The notes below the pieces were generated by a model that was not told where the DNA came from, searched no databases, and saw nothing but the letters and a program-made list of their open reading frames with translations. A DNA stretch of 64,000 nucleotides from sequence record MK799832.1; one strand, given 5' to 3'. Positions 38,901 to 48,510 of the stretch are shown piece after piece. Positions within the stretch are counted from its first letter, which is position 1, and each line of letters begins with the position of its first letter. Made by a program: the position numbers and the translations under genes.

Positions 38901-40403
38901 ATGATAACCCCATCCCAATTCTTTAATGATACCAAGGAGATCATTGAAGTTGTAGAAGAATCTATTGAAGAAAAGCAGGCACTGGAAGAGGAAATTTCTC
39001 ATTCAGTGTCTTTAATTGATGGTGCGTTCAAAAGTATTCAAGAAAATATTCTCTCTTCTAACAAGAAAGAACTGTCTGTATATAAGGGACAGGTATTAGA
39101 AGTTTATAATTTTTGCAACGACATCAAAGAGAATTTACTTCCTAGGTATAAGAAGGAAGTTATTCAATCTGATCTAAGAACAGATCAAAAAATTAAAGAT
39201 CTCAAACAGGAGTTCTATGAAACTCTTGAAGAAAGAATTGAAGAGACCAAGGAAACCATCAAGGTATACTTCAGAGAGGAAGTAAAGGATCTCAACAAAC
39301 TCAGGGCAAGTGTTGTTCTGGTTGAAAGATATATTAAGGAAAACTCCTCAGCAATTGTCAGTCTGAGAGAGGAAGTATTTGCTCAACTTAGAGAGTCTAA
39401 TAGTGATTCTGAAATTAATCAGATTGTCATTCAGGATAAGTTAGATGAGATAAGCAAAGAGTATGAGACGTTAAGTGAGGGACTTCTGAATGAACCACCC
39501 TCCACTAGTAATAGTGACCCACTCACACCATTAGATCAGAACTTTGTAACTCTGGATCAGTTACAACAACACTACAAGGTATTTGTAAACAGAGTTCAAC
39601 AACAACTGGCAACAGTTGGTGGTGGTGGTGAAGTCAGACTTGAGTTTCTGGATGACATTGATAGATCCACTGCTCTGATTGATGGTAGAGTTCTTGCATA
39701 CCAAGCATCTACTGGCAAGTTTATTGGAACTACCACTACCTCTGGTAGTGGACTTCCTTCTGGATCAGTAGGACAACTTCTACAACATGATGGTTCATCC
39801 TTTGTTGGTATTGCATCCACAGGATTTTCAGACTATGTAATTAGTGAAGGTCAAGGTTACTACGCATACACGACTGACTACTACACAGTTGGTGTTGCAA
39901 ATACCACACAAGAAATTATTGAGGGAGAGTGGACACTTATTCAACCACAAGTAGCATCTGGTGGTTTGTATAATTATCAACCAGGTCCCATGCTTAGATG
40001 CAATGCTGGTGATCCTTGGATTGGTATGGGTGCTACAATTGGTACAGGTCAGACAGAGTTCTCATTGGCAGGAACAAAACCTGGCACTTCATGTATTGTA
40101 AGATCAGTTTTTAGATTTGAACCTGATACTGATGAAACTGATTTGGATATGAGACTCCACTTCACTACTAATACAGCAACTCAAGGAACAGGACTCACTA
40201 ACTTCAACATTGAGAAACAGGCACTGGTTATGACTGTTGGTGCTGCTGTCACATACACCAGTGAAACATTAATCTCTTTCTTTGTTGGTGAGACATTGTA
40301 TGGTGATACAAAGGCAGATGCAGGTTCATTCTGTGTTGAGGTAAATGGAACAACTGATGGAACCCTAGAGATTCTGGGTTTAACTGTTATGGTAGACGTA
40401 TAA
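38901..40403 (+). CDS. Probable virion protein: coiled-coil N-half, fibre-like C-half
   Basis: Late promoter ATAAATA at ~38850; PLTPLDQNFVTLDQL...GGGGEVRLEFLDD, then Gly/Thr-rich domain. Confidence 0.6.
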   Translation: MITPSQFFNDTKEIIEVVEESIEEKQALEEEISHSVSLIDGAFKSIQENILSSNKKELSVYKGQVLEVYNFCNDIKENLLPRYKKEVIQSDLRTDQKIKDLKQEFYETLEERIEETKETIKVYFREEVKDLNKLRASVVLVERYIKENSSAIVSLREEVFAQLRESNSDSEINQIVIQDKLDEISKEYETLSEGLLNEPPSTSNSDPLTPLDQNFVTLDQLQQHYKVFVNRVQQQLATVGGGGEVRLEFLDDIDRSTALIDGRVLAYQASTGKFIGTTTTSGSGLPSGSVGQLLQHDGSSFVGIASTGFSDYVISEGQGYYAYTTDYYTVGVANTTQEIIEGEWTLIQPQVASGGLYNYQPGPMLRCNAGDPWIGMGATIGTGQTEFSLAGTKPGTSCIVRSVFRFEPDTDETDLDMRLHFTTNTATQGTGLTNFNIEKQALVMTVGAAVTYTSETLISFFVGETLYGDTKADAGSFCVEVNGTTDGTLEILGLTVMVDV

Positions 40404-40415
40404 GGAGGAAAACCA

Positions 40416-42971
40416 ATGGGAGTTAAAATTTACGCAGATACAAGTACTGGATTCCTCCACTTTGATGGTAGTAGAATCTCACCCAAACCACTGAATGGTG
40501 TTATTACAGCTTCTGCATCTAATAAAGCATTTAGAATTAGAATCACAAGAAGTGACCTTCTTCAAGCAAATGGTAACCCTAGGGTTATGTTCAAGCACCT
40601 GAAGATGAATAGGGTTGAAAGACAAGATGGTACAAATCTTCGTCTTGATCTTGGATATAGCAGACAACAAATTATTGATTATATCAATACTGAAGCACAG
40701 AAGGTTGTTGAGACTGGTATTGAAGGTGTTGCAGTATGTATTGATGGTACTGTTGTATCTTATGCTGCAACTACAATTGACTTTACTGGTAGTGCAGTTC
40801 AATCTCTTGAGGTAACTGGTGGTATTGCTACGATTTCTATTGCACAAACCACTGCTGTTGGTGGTGGTAGTTCATATGCAGATAGTGATGTAGATACTCA
40901 TCTCAATGTTGGTCTTGCAAACACTGGTGATATTCTTACTTGGGGTGGTTCTGACTATGAGTGGAGTGCTCCTTCCACTATTGGAGCAGGTAATCCTGTA
41001 GTTAATGGTTCTATCACTGGTGTAGGTAACAGTACTCTACGTCTCGTACTACAAGATTCTAATGTTATTGATATTGATTTAAGTACTCTGAACACCACTG
41101 GTTCTGATGATGACATCAACACTAGGATTACCAAGGCAGTATCTTTTGCAAGAACTGAAACCACTTACTTGAGATATTCAGTAGGTAGTGCATCCAATAA
41201 TATGTGGGATGCTGCATTCAGGACACCTGGTAGCACTCCATTGGGTATGGGATCAGCAGCAGATACTCATGTTTCTAATGATGGTAATGCACAACCCTTC
41301 GCACAAACTCTTATCTTCAGAAACGCAGGTATCAATACTGATAGAGACAGTGTTCTAGTTGGAGTTACTGATGGTGATGAAGCGGATATCATGGTTCCTG
41401 GTATAATTCATCATTATATTGGTATTAGTTCTACCAAGAAACTTGTTCATCACTGGGGTGAACCACACGTCCTAGGTATTGGCACTACTCAGGCTAACAG
41501 AGCAGAGTTGATGGATGTAAGTGATGATAAATTCTATGGTATCTTTATGGACTTTGATGGACAGAGATTTGGTACTGGTGTTTCCACATCTCAACTGAAT
41601 AGTCAGTTTAGATATAAAGTGGTTGATCTTTCAAGTGGAGATGTTACTGACTTAACACCAAACTGGACACACTATGGTAAGAGTCAGGATGGTAATGGTG
41701 ATTCGCGAGTGTATTCAAGATTAATGTATGGTGCTCTTGCTGGTACAAATAATAATAATGTATCATCAGCATCAAATGTACATTTAAGATTTGAGGGTGA
41801 TATTGCACAGGCAACTAGTATAACCTATCAACAGGGAGCAGTTTTGCTTGATGATACACAGGTAAGTTTGATGGTTCGTAACCCCGAGAAGTATCTCAGA
41901 GACTATAAGGTTGGTACTTCATCTAGAAGACCTTACTTTGATACTACTCAACTCTTCAAAGTGAGTTTTGCAAACTACCATTTCCAAGCAGCACAAGTTT
42001 GGCTAATGGGTGATGGTGATTATGATTCACTTGGTTCTTCTAGTGAACAGGGTGTCAGAAATTTTGTAAGACCAGACGCATATATGAGACTGAATTGGCC
42101 CAGTTATCCATCTTATACTGGATTCACAACTGTGAGTGTTACCGCTGGTCCTTCCTTTACGAATACAAAATCAACTAATTTTGAGAACCTGGATCATGCT
42201 ACCAGGAATCGTCAAAGTGGTGAGTTCACTAACTTGATTAAGACATCTGGTCAGACGGCATCTGCATACACTCTGAGTTTCTGGTTCAGACCAGGTAACA
42301 ACTCTCATGAGGATCAAAACATCTTTAACGCTTTTAGTCAATACAATACATTTGAGGGTACAAGTATCATCCAAGTGATGTACAATGGTAATACAGCATC
42401 AACTAGAAACATTAGATTCAAGGTTCAGGATCAGTCTGGTGGACTTGATGCAGATAATTACAGACTTGACTTAGCTACACCTGTTGGTGATGTGACTCAC
42501 ACCAATGGTAGTAATGGTTTCCATCATATTGCTATCACCTGTGATGGTTCTGCTAATGCATATACATCAGCAAGTCTTGGCATCAAGATCTATATCAATG
42601 GTGTACTCCAAACACTGACTGATAATAGTAATGGTGGTGGTATTGAAGATGTTCCATCTGGTGGTGAGACTTTCTCTATTGCTCCAAATAAAATCGCACT
42701 TGGAAGACAACCAACCAATGCAAGATATATGAGAGATTCAAAGGTTGATGAACTCTCATTCTTCAATACAGAACTCAATGCAACTGAAGTCGCTTGTCTG
42801 TATAATGGTGGTACTCCATCCAATCTTGCTAACTTCATTCCAGGACCAGCACACTGGTACAGAATGGGTGATGGTGATTCAGCACCAACTCTTGCAGATA
42901 GTATCGGTAACGCAGACCTGTCTATGACGAATATGTCTGACGCCAACTTTGTGACTATAGTTCCTTCTTGA
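40416..42971 (+). CDS. Probable virion/adhesin protein with C-terminal concanavalin A/LamG-like domain
   Basis: YTLSFWF...FHHIAITCDG...IYINGV...VDELSFFN...VACLYNGG. Confidence 0.7.
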   Translation: MGVKIYADTSTGFLHFDGSRISPKPLNGVITASASNKAFRIRITRSDLLQANGNPRVMFKHLKMNRVERQDGTNLRLDLGYSRQQIIDYINTEAQKVVETGIEGVAVCIDGTVVSYAATTIDFTGSAVQSLEVTGGIATISIAQTTAVGGGSSYADSDVDTHLNVGLANTGDILTWGGSDYEWSAPSTIGAGNPVVNGSITGVGNSTLRLVLQDSNVIDIDLSTLNTTGSDDDINTRITKAVSFARTETTYLRYSVGSASNNMWDAAFRTPGSTPLGMGSAADTHVSNDGNAQPFAQTLIFRNAGINTDRDSVLVGVTDGDEADIMVPGIIHHYIGISSTKKLVHHWGEPHVLGIGTTQANRAELMDVSDDKFYGIFMDFDGQRFGTGVSTSQLNSQFRYKVVDLSSGDVTDLTPNWTHYGKSQDGNGDSRVYSRLMYGALAGTNNNNVSSASNVHLRFEGDIAQATSITYQQGAVLLDDTQVSLMVRNPEKYLRDYKVGTSSRRPYFDTTQLFKVSFANYHFQAAQVWLMGDGDYDSLGSSSEQGVRNFVRPDAYMRLNWPSYPSYTGFTTVSVTAGPSFTNTKSTNFENLDHATRNRQSGEFTNLIKTSGQTASAYTLSFWFRPGNNSHEDQNIFNAFSQYNTFEGTSIIQVMYNGNTASTRNIRFKVQDQSGGLDADNYRLDLATPVGDVTHTNGSNGFHHIAITCDGSANAYTSASLGIKIYINGVLQTLTDNSNGGGIEDVPSGGETFSIAPNKIALGRQPTNARYMRDSKVDELSFFNTELNATEVACLYNGGTPSNLANFIPGPAHWYRMGDGDSAPTLADSIGNADLSMTNMSDANFVTIVPS

Positions 42972-43018
42972 CTTATCTGGTGATCTGAAGTAGTATTATC
43001 TCACCTACATAAGTCAGT

Positions 43019-43192
43019 ATGGAAGTCTTCACGGTGCAAGAATTTCAAGAGAATTGGGACGAGCTTATAGACAGGGTAGAGAACGGAGAGATATTCGGAA
43101 TAGTAAATGAAAATGGATCTGCAGCAGTGATAATGCCAACTGACGATCCATTGTACAAAATGTACTCAGAAAATAATAACGAAGCTCCCTAG
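43019..43192 (+). CDS. 57-aa protein with Phd/YefM antitoxin-like pattern (below track cut-off)
   Basis: MEVFTVQEFQENWDELIDRVENGEIFGIVNENGSAAVIMP; promoter TTGACT-N17-TAGTAT upstream. Confidence 0.5.
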   Translation: MEVFTVQEFQENWDELIDRVENGEIFGIVNENGSAAVIMPTDDPLYKMYSENNNEAP

Positions 43193-43263
43193 GGACTGTC
43201 GCCTAACGGTTAAGGCCCACTGCTTATAACGGTGTGACCTGGGTTCAATTCCCAGCAGTCCTA
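43192..43263 (+). tRNA. trnI: tRNA-Ile(UAU)
   Basis: GGGACTG/CAGTCCT; CACTG-CTTATAA-CGGTG; GTTCAATTC T-loop. Confidence 0.88.
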
Positions 43264-43267
43264 CCTT

Positions 43268-43340
43268 GGGGGATTAGCAATCTGGTGAATGCACCGAACT
43301 CATAATTCGGCTAAGGTGGGTTCGATCCCCTCATCCCCCA
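43268..43340 (+). tRNA. trnM: tRNA with CAU anticodon (elongator Met, or Ile2 if lysidine-modified)
   Basis: GGGGGAT/ATCCCCC; CCGAA-CTCATAA-TTCGG. Confidence 0.9.
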
Positions 43341-43415
43341 TTGGACAGTTTAATTACTGTCCTCTTGACTCACAAGGTCAAAACCCTTATACTACTAAGG
43401 TCAACACGCAAGACA

Positions 43416-44131
43416 ATGACAATCACTTCTAAGTTCAAAAAAGACATCACGACTCTTCGTTCCGCAGTGAATGGAGACTTCTTCCTTGACGTTAAGAATC
43501 CGAAACTTTTCAAAAAGGTCCGTAAGTTTTATGAGAACGACGGTGTAACTTTTTCTGGTGACCCTCTGGACGACTATGATATTCTCATCGATTGTTTGGC
43601 GGAGGACCTGGAACTTCAAGAGGTGGAGTGATGAAGATTCTCCTTGAGAGATTCCCTTATCGTTATGTTGAATGTGGAACCCTAGAAAATGGGTTCCCTG
43701 ACTATCGTATTCAAAAAGCTGATAGTTGGACTAAACGTTACAGTGACATGTATCTTCTAGACAATCAGATGCAACTCTTGACTGCAATGGAAGATCATGA
43801 GTATACTAAATGGCTTGATCCAGATGGTGTACCTTGTTACATCAAAGACAGGGTGTCAAATAAATAGGTTAGAATTAAATCTATAACTATTATGGCAACG
43901 AAAAGAACATCCTCTACTGGTGCATACATGAGTCAGTATGACCAGGAAGTTGAGAGCAGACTGAAGGCTCTTGAAGAAGCAGTAGCTGAGTTGAAGTCGG
44001 CGTGTCAAGCAAAGGCTGAAGCACCTGCAGCTGCACCTTCTGGTCTTGAGGGTAAGTTTGATGAACTTGTTAGAGTTTTGAAAATGAACGAAGGTCTTAA
44101 TATCTCTAAGCTTTCGAAGGGTGCTCTTTGA
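43416..44131 (+). CDS. Three small conserved hypothetical ORFs (43416-43631, 43631-43867, 43892-44131)
   Basis: Contiguous ORFs with overlapping stop/start codons. Confidence 0.6.
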
Positions 44132-44478
44132 TGAACGTGGTTGATAAACCATGGGGATTCTATGTTGACCTTGAGAGAAATCCTTTCAGGGTCATCAAAA
44201 GAATCAAAGTCTCTCCCAACCAGAAACTGTCCCTACAGAAACATAAGAACAGAAGCGAATTCTGGTTTATATTGTCTGGGTTTGGTAGAGTCACTCTTGG
44301 TAATCATACATTTCCTGCAGGACACGAAAATCATTTCCACATTCCTAGGAATATGATTCATAGGATGGAGGCTGGACCAGAAGGGATTATGTTCCTTGAG
44401 GTTCAGTCAGGAGACTGTAGAGAAGACGATATCATCAGACTTCAGGATGATTATGGTAGAGTCACGGAGGGACTATAA
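44128..44478 (+). CDS. Cupin, mannose-6-phosphate isomerase type II C-terminal-like
   Basis: KPWG, VKRI-like IKRIKV, LSLQKHKNRSEFW, HRM, LEVQSG, EDDIIRLQDDYGR. Confidence 0.85.
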   Translation: MMNVVDKPWGFYVDLERNPFRVIKRIKVSPNQKLSLQKHKNRSEFWFILSGFGRVTLGNHTFPAGHENHFHIPRNMIHRMEAGPEGIMFLEVQSGDCREDDIIRLQDDYGRVTEGL

Positions 44479-44662
44479 CAGCACTGGTCGGTGAAGGGAG
44501 GCCCCTTCAATCCCGCGTTTCTTAGTTCGTAAAACTAAGTGGTGGAGTCACTGGACCCAACTGAGTTTACTAATTCTCCAAAGATTAGTTGGTGCGGATG
44601 GAGGAAACTCCCGCCTGAGATTTAGTTATTACTCAGTGATAAAAATAACTTGGCGAGCCTGA
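44478..44662 (+). ncRNA. manA RNA motif (cyanophage-type structured RNA)
   Basis: Recognised blocks GCACTGGTCGG...GGTGGAGTCA...GACCC...GGTGCGGATGG...CCCGCCTG...TGGCGAGCCTG with repeated TTT-stem-AAA hairpins; recalled from memory, not searched. Confidence 0.7.
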
Positions 44663-44667
44663 GTACC

Positions 44668-44694
44668 AAAGATGGGTCACACCCATCTTTTTTT
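44668..44694 (+). terminator. Intrinsic terminator
   Basis: AAAGATGGG-TCACA-CCCATCTTT plus T tract. Confidence 0.8.
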
Positions 44695-44707
44695 ATATCT
44701 TCATAAA

Positions 44708-45280
44708 ATGATTAAAAATTTTCGAAGTCCATTTCTATTTCATAGGAATGTTCCTAATCATAAAAGAATCAAAGAAGATGTACTACCCAAAATAAAATCG
44801 GAACTTGAGAATAAAGAGAAGTATCATAATGTAGGATCTTGGAATGCTGAAGTATACACATCATTCAATTATAGACTTGATTTCCTACATGATCCCAAGT
44901 TTATTGATAGTGTCATCTGGGATTCTATGGATCAAATGGTTGGTGAACTACTTGATGATAAATCTTTAACAACATATCCTCAATCAAGTAATTGTAAATC
45001 TATTTGGTTTAATTATTATGAACCTGGTGGATTTCAGGAAGTTCATGATCACCTAGGTGAGAATGTTTCATTCTCTGGAATTTATTTACTTCATGTGGAA
45101 GAACCAAATACTACTTTCTTCTACAATCCAAATTCAAATTCGTATCTCGCACATACAATCAATACAAAAGATTATGAAGAGGGGTCTGTTTTAATATTCC
45201 CATCATCACTTTTACATTATGTGAATCCTGTAAAGGATCATAGATATACGATTTCATTTAATATTGTAAGTAATTTCTAG
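44708..45280 (+). CDS. Putative 2OG-Fe(II) oxygenase
   Basis: QEVHDH, SGIYLL, FPSSLLHYV, RYTISFN. Confidence 0.75.
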   Translation: MIKNFRSPFLFHRNVPNHKRIKEDVLPKIKSELENKEKYHNVGSWNAEVYTSFNYRLDFLHDPKFIDSVIWDSMDQMVGELLDDKSLTTYPQSSNCKSIWFNYYEPGGFQEVHDHLGENVSFSGIYLLHVEEPNTTFFYNPNSNSYLAHTINTKDYEEGSVLIFPSSLLHYVNPVKDHRYTISFNIVSNF

Positions 45281-45480
45281 GAGTCTTGACAAAGGGCTCC
45301 TTTTTTCATACAATACATACTATGTGGTTATGATCTTTGATAATGAAGATTGGACCTTCATCTTCTACTCTGTGTTGTTCACAGATGATGTAGACGATGA
45401 CGATAACGGTCCCGATAGTGGTTTAATGCAACCAGTATATGAGGGTGTCTAATAAATAATTACACCCTTATTTTCTACTC

Positions 45481-45992
45481 ATGCTTGGCAAACCAAAAAA
45501 AGTAGAAGAGAAGGACCAAGATGAAGATAAGAGTGAGGTACTAGGTAATCTAGTCAAAGTTGTTGTACTTATTTGGTCTGCATCTCTTCTTACATTCAGT
45601 TACGTAAGACTCCCAAATGGTCAGAAGATTCTTGACTTCGACCCTACTTTTATCGCATCAGTATTCTCAGGCTCTCTTGCAGCTTTCGGATTGTCACCAG
45701 CCAAAACTGGTGGTGGTCAACCAGCCAAAAAGAAAGAAGGAGAACCACCTGTTCAATCTACAATAGAACCTAAAAAGTAAAATTGTATCGAGAACCACAC
45801 CTTCAAAAGAAGTCTGACGAATGTGCAGACCTCTGGAGGGTGTGGTTTTCTTTATTTCAGACAAGAAATCCAAACGATCCTGACAGAAAGAAAGCAAGAC
45901 AAGAATGGTTAAAATGTTGTAAAGAGTTCGGAGAAATGATAAGTCAGGAAGTCAAGACAAACGATAGGTATAAACACACATCTCTTGAATAG
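45481..45992 (+). CDS. Two small ORFs (membrane protein 45481-45780; 45783-45992)
   Basis: Hydrophobic LVKVVVLIWSASLL and FDPTFIASVFSGSLAAFG segments; late promoter upstream. Confidence 0.6.
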
Positions 45993-46014
45993 ATAGTGTA
46001 GTTGTAAGAGTTAT

Positions 46015-46338
46015 ATGAAGTTTATTTTTGCTCTTCTCGCTACAATTTTATTTTCCTCTCCAGTATGGGCAGTTGATGTTCAAATGGGTTACGATGGTAA
46101 TCTAGTTTTTGAACCTGCTGAAATTTCTATTGCTGCTGGTGAGTCAGTACATTTTATTAATAATATGCTTCCTCCTCACAATGTTGTGGTAGAAGACCAT
46201 CCCGAATTGGGTCACGAAGCTCTGGCAATGTTACCAGGTGAAGACTTTACTGTTGAATTTCCTGAGTCAGGTGACTATACTTATTGGTGTGGACCACATA
46301 AAGGTGCAGGAATGATCGGTACAGTACATGTCGAATGA
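46015..46338 (+). CDS. petE: Plastocyanin
   Basis: Signal peptide; LVFEP, HNVV, YWCGPHKGAGM copper ligands. Confidence 0.95.
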   Translation: MKFIFALLATILFSSPVWAVDVQMGYDGNLVFEPAEISIAAGESVHFINNMLPPHNVVVEDHPELGHEALAMLPGEDFTVEFPESGDYTYWCGPHKGAGMIGTVHVE

Positions 46339-47490
46339 ATCAAGACGAAAAAAGAGAATTCTATAAGTCACTTAGAGAAAGGGTTTATCAATTAAGGATG
46401 GCATATCTTTTTGAGGAACCCTGTCCTCTTTATGAAGAGGATGATGAATGGTGGTCATGCAAACTATTCTACGACAACGATGAGGACGATGGAACTTGCT
46501 GACTTTTTAGTTTGGATATGTGTCCCATTTGTAGTTACAACACTTTGCTTTGGTTTTATCAAGGGAGAGAACGATTACTACGACTCGGACGACTATGATG
46601 GAAATGGAACCGCGCATTAAGATGAGGTACATCTTTGCTATGAGTTCATTCTCAAGAATGTATGGTGTACCTTATGTCGAATCACATACTGATGTTTCAA
46701 GATTTTGTATGACTTGGGCTGGTACAGAAGAAGAAGCTCCTTTAGATAGACTTTCTTCAGTTGATTTCTATTTTAGAGACCTTTGGTTACAGTGGGGAAA
46801 TGGAAATGTCAATTAGTACACAAATAGTACAACAGTTTGTCATCATAATGATTCCAATTTCATTTGGATTCATTTTATTTTGTATAGCCGCATTTACAGA
46901 CCAATGATTCTATTTGTACGTCACTGGATGGAATCTCCTCCTGCATTAGGATTCTTGGGATTCATTTTAATATTTGTACCTATTCTAGGTATGTGGGCAG
47001 TCCATAAATATGGTTGGGAACATTGGGCACCCTTTGACAAATGAAACCCATGATACTAGTAGCTTGTTTCTTACCACTAGTGATAATCTGGGTGGTTATG
47101 AAATTAAGTCTGTGGATCTTTGCAGTAAACGAAGAGCAGAGTTATGTCAAAGCAGAATCCAGAAAACCCCATGGACCCTATGTGGCAAATCCATATGAGG
47201 ACGTTGACGAAGAGGATGAAGAATATGGAGATCGCACAGACTATCGATGATTCCCTCTATCAATATTATGTGGTAGAAAAAAATGAAAAAGTTCCTAACT
47301 GGAGATATATCAAAGATCAAGATTGGTGGATTGAGTATCTTATCAAATTAGGTATTGACCCCAAAAATCCATGAATCTTTTCCTTAGACCCCTGAATAAT
47401 GTAAACGACGTAACATGGAGTGTTGTCATTTGTTTGATAGCACTCCTTTGTGGTGTTGGGTATTACATATATACGTTAATAGATCTATCC
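46335..47490 (+). CDS. Run of small hypothetical, several membrane-spanning, ORFs
   Basis: Overlapping 40-80 aa ORFs, e.g. MNQDEKREFY..., MELADFLVW..., MKPMILVACF... Confidence 0.5.
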
Positions 47491-47506
47491 AATAGGGAGA
47501 TGTCGA

Positions 47507-47965
47507 ATGGGAGCAATGACACCACCAAGTCGTAAGAGTTGTTACAATTTCAGAGTCATCTCTATAGATAGAGTGTTGGATGGGGACACAATCGATGTCA
47601 CAATCGATCTCGGTTTTGACCTTTATAAAAAAGAAAGAGTTAGAGTTGCTGGTGTGGACACGCCAGAGAAAAGAACCAAAGACCTTGAAGAAAAGGAGCT
47701 AGGTATTCATGCGACTAACTGGCTTAAAGATAAACTGGAAGGTGCTATCAGTGGAGATGATGATCTCGTTATTCGCACTGAGCTTGTTGGTGGGGTCGGT
47801 AAGTACGGTCGCCTTCTTGGCTGGCTTTATGTCGGGGACGGCGAGTTGTCCCTTAACGAACAAATGATTACTGAAGGTTACGCGTGGCCCTACGCAGGCG
47901 GAACAAAGAAAAAAGATTTTGAGGAATTGCGTGAGATACGCAAGGCACACGGAACTCTTGTCTGA
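47507..47965 (+). CDS. Staphylococcal-nuclease-like endonuclease
   Basis: RVLDGDTIDV, RVRVAGVDTPE, GKYGRLLG, LNEQMITEGYA. Confidence 0.88.
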   Translation: MGAMTPPSRKSCYNFRVISIDRVLDGDTIDVTIDLGFDLYKKERVRVAGVDTPEKRTKDLEEKELGIHATNWLKDKLEGAISGDDDLVIRTELVGGVGKYGRLLGWLYVGDGELSLNEQMITEGYAWPYAGGTKKKDFEELREIRKAHGTLV

Positions 47966-48011
47966 CCTTATGGTGGTTGATTTATAAATACTATTGTGTT
48001 ATAATAATAGT

Positions 48012-48437
48012 ATGAAACATAAACACCATATTATACCCCGACACTTGGGCGGCACTGATGACCCTGATAACATTGTAGAGTTGTCAGTAGAGGAACATGC
48101 TGCAGCCCATTGGAAATTATATGAAGAGCATGGGCATGAGTATGATAGAATTGCCGCCTCTGGTTTAGATAAACTTATAGGTAAAGAAGAGATTAGAAGA
48201 CAAGTTATTAGTGCCGCAAATAAAGGTAAGATACCCTGGAACAAAGGAAAGAAGACTGGACCTAACCCCGCCATTGTAGCATCAAATAAGAGGAGAGTTT
48301 TTACAGAAGAACAATTAGAAAAGATGCGTGCCGCGGGTAAAAAGAACAAGGGGAGAAAACGCCCAGACTTGGCCGAGAGAAATAGAAATAAAGATATGTC
48401 GAAAGTCAAGAGAGATAGTAATGGTAAGTTTATATGA
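48012..48437 (+). CDS. HNH homing endonuclease with NUMOD3-like tail
   Basis: HKHHIIPRHLGGTDDPDNIVELSVEEHAAAH; PWNKGKK. Confidence 0.85.
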   Translation: MKHKHHIIPRHLGGTDDPDNIVELSVEEHAAAHWKLYEEHGHEYDRIAASGLDKLIGKEEIRRQVISAANKGKIPWNKGKKTGPNPAIVASNKRRVFTEEQLEKMRAAGKKNKGRKRPDLAERNRNKDMSKVKRDSNGKFI

Positions 48438-48510
48438 TAAGTGGTATTTTTGTATACGGATTTTTAATTCTTCTTTGTATTACAATGGAATTAACATGGA
48501 CTAGAAGATC

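Noticed and set aside
36961-38944. ORFs overlapping tRNA genes (36961-37194, 37259-37408 extension, 37664-37861, 38555-38944)
   Set aside because: They coincide with clear tRNA cloverleaves or the structured RNA and have no protein-like features.
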